Source of the DNA: an uncultured Christensenella sp. | GTDB taxonomy: Bacteria > Bacillota > Clostridia > Christensenellales > UBA3700 | Direction of reading: 5' to 3' | DNA length: 64,000 nucleotides | Assembly (NCBI GenBank): GCA_949287655.1 | Contig: CASEHD010000006.1 | Coordinates: forward strand, 9,126-73,125 | In this document: piece after piece, positions 59,171-64,000 of the stretch | Layout: each line of letters starts with the position of its first letter | Position numbering within the stretch: position 1 is the stretch's first letter | The notes under the pieces: model-generated | Databases searched by the model: none | Told to the model about the DNA's origin: nothing | What the model saw: the letters and a program-made list of their open reading frames with translations, nothing else | Made by a program: the position numbers and the translations under genes

Positions 59171-59401
59171 ATGGAAGACAACAATTTTCTGACCGACGAT
59201 TACATAGTGATCAAGGCGCTGGCAAGCCCCGTCCAGATAATCGGGCTTACCCGCGGCGACAACACAAAACCGCATCACACCGAAAATCTCGACAAGAACG
59301 AGGTCATCGTGATGCAGTTTACAGAAAAGACTTCGGCAATAAAGATAAGAGGGAAAGCTGAGATTTACACCAAACACGGCGTGGTCGTTTGCGGAGAGTG
59401 A
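59171..59401 (+). CDS. mtrB: trp RNA-binding attenuation protein (TRAP)
   Basis: DYIVIKALASPVQIIGLTRGDNTKPHHTENLDKNEVIVMQFTEKTSAIKIRGKAEIYTKHGVV is colinear with Bacillus subtilis MtrB [69 protein letters not shown] RBS. Confidence 0.85.
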   Translation: MEDNNFLTDDYIVIKALASPVQIIGLTRGDNTKPHHTENLDKNEVIVMQFTEKTSAIKIRGKAEIYTKHGVVVCGE

Positions 59402-59423
59402 ACCCGCGCTTACCGGAGGTATT

Positions 59424-60389
59424 ATGAAGAGAATCGGAGTTTTGACTAGCGGCGGCGACGCCCCCGGAATGAACGCCTGCATCAGAGCGGTAGTAAGATA
59501 CGCGCTCAACAAAGGTCTGGACGTCTACGGAATAGAACGCGGATACGTCGGACTTATCAACAACCACATCAACCAGATGAACCGCCGTTCGGTCTCTGAT
59601 ATTATTCAGAGGGGCGGCACAATCTTAAAGACCGCGCGTTGCGACGAATTCAAGCAGCTCGAATATATGTCGCAGGCAGTCGACAACATGGAAGCGTACG
59701 GCATCGACGGACTCGTCGTGATCGGCGGCGACGGCTCGTTCAGAGGAGCGAAAGACATTTACGACAATTTCGGCATCCAGGTCATCGGCATACCCGGCAC
59801 GATAGACAACGACCTCGCTTACACCGACTATACGCTGGGATTCGACACGACGGTCAACACGGTGCTGGGCGCGATAAACAACCTGCGCGACACAATGACG
59901 TCGCACGACAGAGTTTGCATAATAGAGGTGATGGGAAGGAAGTGCGGCGACATCGCGCTTTACGCCGGTCTCGGCGGCGGCGCGGAGCTGATACTCGTGC
60001 CCGAAGTCCCGTTCGATCTCGCGGCGGTGGTCAAGAGCATAAAGCTCAATCAGAGGATAGGCAAGACCAGCGACATCATCGTGCTTGCGGAAGGCGTCTG
60101 CAAGGCCGAAGAGCTCAAAGCGAAACTCAAAGAGCAGGGAGTTACCGGTTCGATAAAGACAACGACGCTCGGGTATATCCAGAGAGGAGGAGCGCCGTCC
60201 AATCAGGACAGAGTGCTTGCGGCGCAGTTCGGCATGAGAGCGGTAGACCTGCTTATGGAAGGCAAGGGAGGCAGAGTGGTCGGTATACGCGACAATAAGA
60301 TAATCGACGAAGAGATCGGAGAGGCGCTCAAAATGAAGAGAGAATTCCATACCGACCTTTACAACAGAAGCAGGATTTTAAGTATGTAA
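59424..60389 (+). CDS. pfkA: ATP-dependent 6-phosphofructokinase
   Basis: MKRIGVLTSGGDAPGMNA, GGDGS, PGTIDNDL, MGR motifs; 321 aa. Confidence 0.95.
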   Translation: MKRIGVLTSGGDAPGMNACIRAVVRYALNKGLDVYGIERGYVGLINNHINQMNRRSVSDIIQRGGTILKTARCDEFKQLEYMSQAVDNMEAYGIDGLVVIGGDGSFRGAKDIYDNFGIQVIGIPGTIDNDLAYTDYTLGFDTTVNTVLGAINNLRDTMTSHDRVCIIEVMGRKCGDIALYAGLGGGAELILVPEVPFDLAAVVKSIKLNQRIGKTSDIIVLAEGVCKAEELKAKLKEQGVTGSIKTTTLGYIQRGGAPSNQDRVLAAQFGMRAVDLLMEGKGGRVVGIRDNKIIDEEIGEALKMKREFHTDLYNRSRILSM

Positions 60390-60491
60390 AAAACGTCCGT
60401 AACCAACACGGGCAAGAAAAATCATAAAGGCAAAAGCCGCACGATATGCGGCGTAAAACACAAAAACAATTTTATCGGAGGACAATATATT

Positions 60492-61745
60492 ATGGAAAAA
60501 CTGGTTGGCGCTTGCATGTTCGGTCAGTCCGGCGGCCCCACGTCGGTCATCAACTCTTCCGCTGCGGGCGTTTTCACCGAAGCGCTGAAGCAGGATTGCA
60601 TCACCAAGGTCTACGGTGCGGCTCACGGTATCAGAGGCGTACTCAACGAAGAATTTTACGATATCGGCGAAGAGGATATGAAAGAGCTTATGCTCCTTAA
60701 AAATACCCCGTCGTCTGCGCTCGGTTCGGTAAGATACAAGCTCAAGCCCGAAAAGGTCGACGACACCGATTACAAGAGACTTCTCGAAGTATTCAAAAAG
60801 TACAATATCCGCTATTTCTTCTACAACGGCGGCAACGACTCTATGGACACCTGCAACAAGGTCAGCAAGTTTATGAAGAAGTCGGGCTGGGAATGCAGAG
60901 TTATCGGCGTACCCAAGACGATCGACAACGACCTGTTCGGCACCGATCATTGCCCCGGTTACGGCAGCGCGGCTAAGTACGTCGCTACCACGATGATGGA
61001 ACTCAAGCTGGACGCAAACGTGTACGACACTCCGATGATCACGATAGTAGAGATCATGGGCAGACACGCGGGCTGGCTGACTGCAGCCGCAAGCCTTGCG
61101 AATTACAAGGGACTCGGCGCAGACCTCATCTATCTCCCCGAAAAGCCCTTCTCCGTCGACAAATTCAAGAACGACGTAAAGAACGTTATGGAAAAGAACG
61201 GCGGCAAGTGCATGGTCGCGGTCTCCGAAGGTATTTCGGACGAAAACGGCAAGCTTATCGCTGAAGTTCTCGCAGGAGACAGCCTCGCGCGCGACAGTTT
61301 CGGTCACGCTCAGCTCGGAGGCGTAGGCGCGGCTCTCGCGAATATGTGCAAGGCGGAGTTCGGCTGCAAGACCCGCGCGGTAGAATTCAGCCTTATGCAG
61401 AGATGCGGCGCGCACCTCGCTTCCAAGACCGACGTCGAAGAAGCGTTCAAGGCGGGCGCGGCGGCTGTCAAGTACGCGGTAAAGGGCACGACCGACAAGA
61501 TGGTAATCTTAAAGAGAGATATGAGCAGCGGCAAGTATAAGTGCAAGGTCGGCGTCATGAGCGTCGCTAAGGCGGCTAACGCAGAAAAGAAAGTTCCCGA
61601 CAGCTGGATCATCAACGACGGCACGATGCTTTCTCAAGAATATATCGACTATGCGCTCCCGCTGATCCAGGGCGACTGCAAGGCTCCTCTCGAAGACGGT
61701 CTCCCCAGATTCGCAAAGCTCAAAAAGGTTCCGGTAAAGAAGTAA
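60492..61745 (+). CDS. pfp: long-form phosphofructokinase, probably pyrophosphate-dependent
   Basis: GQSGGPTSVIN, GGNDS, PKTIDNDL, MGRHAGW motifs; 417 aa, typical of clostridial PPi-PFK-like enzymes. Confidence 0.8.
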   Translation: MEKLVGACMFGQSGGPTSVINSSAAGVFTEALKQDCITKVYGAAHGIRGVLNEEFYDIGEEDMKELMLLKNTPSSALGSVRYKLKPEKVDDTDYKRLLEVFKKYNIRYFFYNGGNDSMDTCNKVSKFMKKSGWECRVIGVPKTIDNDLFGTDHCPGYGSAAKYVATTMMELKLDANVYDTPMITIVEIMGRHAGWLTAAASLANYKGLGADLIYLPEKPFSVDKFKNDVKNVMEKNGGKCMVAVSEGISDENGKLIAEVLAGDSLARDSFGHAQLGGVGAALANMCKAEFGCKTRAVEFSLMQRCGAHLASKTDVEEAFKAGAAAVKYAVKGTTDKMVILKRDMSSGKYKCKVGVMSVAKAANAEKKVPDSWIINDGTMLSQEYIDYALPLIQGDCKAPLEDGLPRFAKLKKVPVKK

Positions 61746-61771
61746 AAACAGCGGATAGACCGCAAAGACAG

Positions 61772-61794
61772 ACCGCCCTCCGGGGCGGTTTTTT
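61772..61794 (+). terminator. intrinsic terminator after pfp
   Basis: accgccc-tccg-gggcggt followed by tttttt. Confidence 0.8.
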
Positions 61795-61838
61795 ATGTCT
61801 CGCTGCGATCGTCTTTTATCAGTACACGAGCGGCGGGG

Positions 61839-61867
61839 TTGAAAACGCGCGTCTTTTAATGTATAAT
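61839..61867 (+). promoter_or_regulatory. sigma-A-type promoter for the dehydrogenase gene
   Basis: TTGAAA-17 nt-TATAAT with a TG extended -10. Confidence 0.6.
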
Positions 61868-61884
61868 TGAAAAGAGGAGATTTT

Positions 61885-62919
61885 ATGTTAGCATACGTTT
61901 ATAAGGACAAAGGGCGCTTCGCGCTCGAAGAAAGACAAAAGCCGGTATTGACCGATCCCAAAGACGCGATAGTAAAAATCACGCTCGCCAGTATCTGCAC
62001 CAGCGACCTGCATATCAAGCACGGCTTCGTGCCGCGAGCGGTCAAGGGTATAACGGTAGGGCACGAGGCGGTCGGAATCGTCGAGCAGGTCGGCGCGGAC
62101 GTAAAGAACGTCAAGGTCGGCGACAGGGTCGCGATCAACGTAGAGACCTTTTGCGGGGAGTGCTTTTTCTGCAAGAGGGGATACGTCAACAACTGCACCG
62201 ATAAAAACGGCGGCTGGGCGCTCGGGTGCAGGATAGACGGCGTGCAGGCAGAATACGTAAAAGTGCCTTTTGCCAACACGGGCTTGACAAAAATCCCTGA
62301 TAACGTCAGCGACGAGGCGGCGCTTTTCGTCGGCGATATCCTCGCAACAGGCTACTGGGCGGCGGATATATCCGGGATCGAAAAAGGGGATACCGCGCTT
62401 ATCGTCGGCGCGGGTCCGACGGGTATCTGCACCCTTCTTTCCGCCGCGCTCAAAGAGCCGGGAAGGATAATAGTCTGTGAAAAGGATGAGAGCAGACGAC
62501 AGCTTGCAAAGAGGGTATGCCCCACGGCTGAAACCGTCTCTCCCGACGAGATAGAAAGCTATATAAAGTCGACCTGCGCGCGCGGCGGCGCGGACGTCGT
62601 ATTCGAGGTCGCCGGCGCGGAAAGCACCTTTGAACTCGCCTGGAAATGCGCGCGCCCCAACGCGACGGTAGTCGTCGTCGCTATGTACGACAAGCCGCAG
62701 ATCCTGCCTCTTCCCGATATGTACGGAAAGAACCTCACTTTCAAAACGGGCGGCGTGGACGGCTGTAAATGCGGCGAAATACTTTCGCTGATATCCGCCG
62801 GCAAGATAGACACGACCCCTCTTATCACGCACACTTTCGCGTTGAAAGACATTGAAAAGGCGTACGACGTTTTTGAAAACAGAAAAGACGGCGTGATCAA
62901 AGTCGCGGTAAAACCGTAA
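61885..62919 (+). CDS. zinc-dependent medium-chain alcohol dehydrogenase family protein
   Basis: ICTSDLH, GHEAVG, CGECFFC zinc ligands; GAGPTG NAD motif; AGAGGAG RBS. Confidence 0.88.
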   Translation: MLAYVYKDKGRFALEERQKPVLTDPKDAIVKITLASICTSDLHIKHGFVPRAVKGITVGHEAVGIVEQVGADVKNVKVGDRVAINVETFCGECFFCKRGYVNNCTDKNGGWALGCRIDGVQAEYVKVPFANTGLTKIPDNVSDEAALFVGDILATGYWAADISGIEKGDTALIVGAGPTGICTLLSAALKEPGRIIVCEKDESRRQLAKRVCPTAETVSPDEIESYIKSTCARGGADVVFEVAGAESTFELAWKCARPNATVVVVAMYDKPQILPLPDMYGKNLTFKTGGVDGCKCGEILSLISAGKIDTTPLITHTFALKDIEKAYDVFENRKDGVIKVAVKP

Positions 62920-62944
62920 TCAAGACAGGAAAAGATAAAAAATT

Positions 62945-63178
62945 ATGAAACTCAATGAGGCGACGGCAAAAAGAATTGAAGAAAGCTGCGCGCAAAAAGG
63001 CATCTCCGTTTGAGGCGCGGCGTTCTGCGGCGGAAAGTCTCCTTCTGCAATATACGATCTTATAAAAGGCAGGACGAAGTGTTCAAAGGATGAAACGGTC
63101 AAAAGCTTTTGCGAAGGGGCGGGGATAACGCTGTCGGAATTCTTTTTGCCCGACTATTTTAACGATCTCGAAGATTAA
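62945..63178 (+). pseudogene. small XRE-type HTH gene with an in-frame TGA
   Basis: MKLNEATAKRIEESCAQKGISV*GAAFCGGKSPSAIYDLIKGRTKCSKDETVKSFCEGAGITLSEFFLPDYFNDLED; TGA at 63011-63013 sits inside the HTH region. Confidence 0.55.
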
Positions 63179-63206
63179 AAAAGCCGCTCGACGAGCGGCT
63201 TTTTTA
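63177..63206. terminator. bidirectional terminator
   Basis: aaaaaagccgctcg-a-cgagcggctttttt. Confidence 0.8.
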
Positions 63207-63221
63207 TATATCCTATTAAGA

Positions 63222-64000
63222 TCATTGATATTTTGCGCCTTTTCTGCGCGCTTTCATCTCTTTGCGGGGCGGTTTGACGAGGGTTATCTCGTCTTTGTTT
63301 GCGAGGAGCTGTTCTATGTACTGGCGGGCGTACTCGAAGAAGAGCGCGCTGGTCGGGCGGCGGTAGTGCCACAGGTGGAAGCAATGCTCGCCCGCGCCTT
63401 TCGCACGGTAGACCAGGTGAGGTATCTTGTATTTGTCCAGCTTGTCCAGGACGAGTTTTTCGTTGCCGCCGACGAACGCGTCGAAGCGGGCGTATGTTAT
63501 GAATACGTTTTTGAGGAAATTCTCGTCGATGAAATCGGACGGGCGCAGCAGGTCGAAGTCGGGGAACTCTCTTAAATGCTTTCTGCCGTAGCCGGTCATC
63601 TCTATCCACATTTTATCGGAAAGCGGATTTTTCGCCATGCCTTCGGGGTCGTACGCGCCGCAGACGAGAAGGCCGCCCTTGAAGGGCAAAGGCTCATTTT
63701 CGATTTTAAGTCTTTCGCGGAGGGCGGGGTTGCTCTGCGCCGCCAGCATCAGGCAGGCAAGCTGACCGCCCGCGCTGTCTCCGGTAATAAACAGATTGTC
63801 GAGGTCGAGGTTGTATTTTTCCGCGTTCTCGCGCACCCACTCCAACGCCTTGTACAGGTGAGTCACGCAAGCGGGGTATTTAAATTTGGGGCTGAGCCCG
63901 TAGTTGGGGCATACGACGAAAAGCCCGAGGTCGGCGAACGCCTTGTTGAGACCTCTGCGCCAATACTTGTCGCCCGTTATCCAGCCGCCGCCGTGCACGT
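63222..64000 (-). CDS. alpha/beta hydrolase (esterase/lipase fold-3 type), 5'-truncated by the window edge
   Basis: HGGGW oxyanion motif and GDSAGG nucleophile elbow; the ORF runs off the window. Confidence 0.8.
   Translation of the reverse strand, partial: VHGGGWITGDKYWRRGLNKAFADLGLFVVCPNYGLSPKFKYPACVTHLYKALEWVRENAEKYNLDLDNLFITGDSAGGQLACLMLAAQSNPALRERLKIENEPLPFKGGLLVCGAYDPEGMAKNPLSDKMWIEMTGYGRKHLREFPDFDLLRPSDFIDENFLKNVFITYARFDAFVGGNEKLVLDKLDKYKIPHLVYRAKGAGEHCFHLWHYRRPTSALFFEYARQYIEQLLANKDEITLVKPPRKEMKARRKGAKYQ

Noticed and set aside
60378-61415. 345-aa ORF on the minus strand
   Set aside because: Antisense to the well-supported PFK gene at 60492-61745, with no motifs. Shadow ORF.
61888-62832. 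314-aa ORF on the minus strand
   Set aside because: Antisense to the zinc alcohol dehydrogenase gene. Shadow ORF.
62945-63178. TGA read as tryptophan (genetic code 4)
   Set aside because: Many well-supported genes in the window end at TGA at the expected protein terminus (the PHP-domain gene and the TIR gene, for example). TGA is therefore a normal stop codon here.

Overview
This window looks like the chromosomal origin region of a spore-forming Firmicute, probably a Clostridia-type organism. That call rests on yabP/yabQ, yyaC, whiA and a YidC/Jag cluster, with about 50% GC. Most origin-linked housekeeping genes are present: rpmH-rnpA-yidD-yidC-jag, mnmE, mnmG-rsmG, parB, dnaN, dnaA, recF, gyrB-gyrA, ftsH, murB, whiA and dnaE. 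Their order and strands are scrambled, and AT-rich islets sit at the breakpoints. One islet carries a two-TIR-domain protein and another a TIR/GNAT chimeric ORF.

The most unusual part is 6.8-18.8 kb, where coding density collapses. It includes a 5.6-kb stretch (13.2-18.8 kb) with no credible gene. That stretch is built from strand-asymmetric, A-poor arrays of T-tracts phased about every 10 bp, whose polarity flips around two AT-rich centres. One centre holds parS-like palindromes and iteron-like repeats. The other holds a cluster of perfect DnaA boxes about 13 kb from dnaA. A second DnaA-box cluster with an AT-rich unwinding-type module lies between dnaA and dnaN.

Other notable items:
- a four-copy MITE-like family, with one copy inside an XRE gene and one inside a decayed ORF;
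- an FMN riboswitch ahead of an ECF S-component gene;
- a TRAP (mtrB) homologue;
- a Sel1-repeat gene with near-identical 108-bp repeats;
- several short intergenic repeat families.

All calls come from reading the sequence and from remembered motifs. No database search was run.
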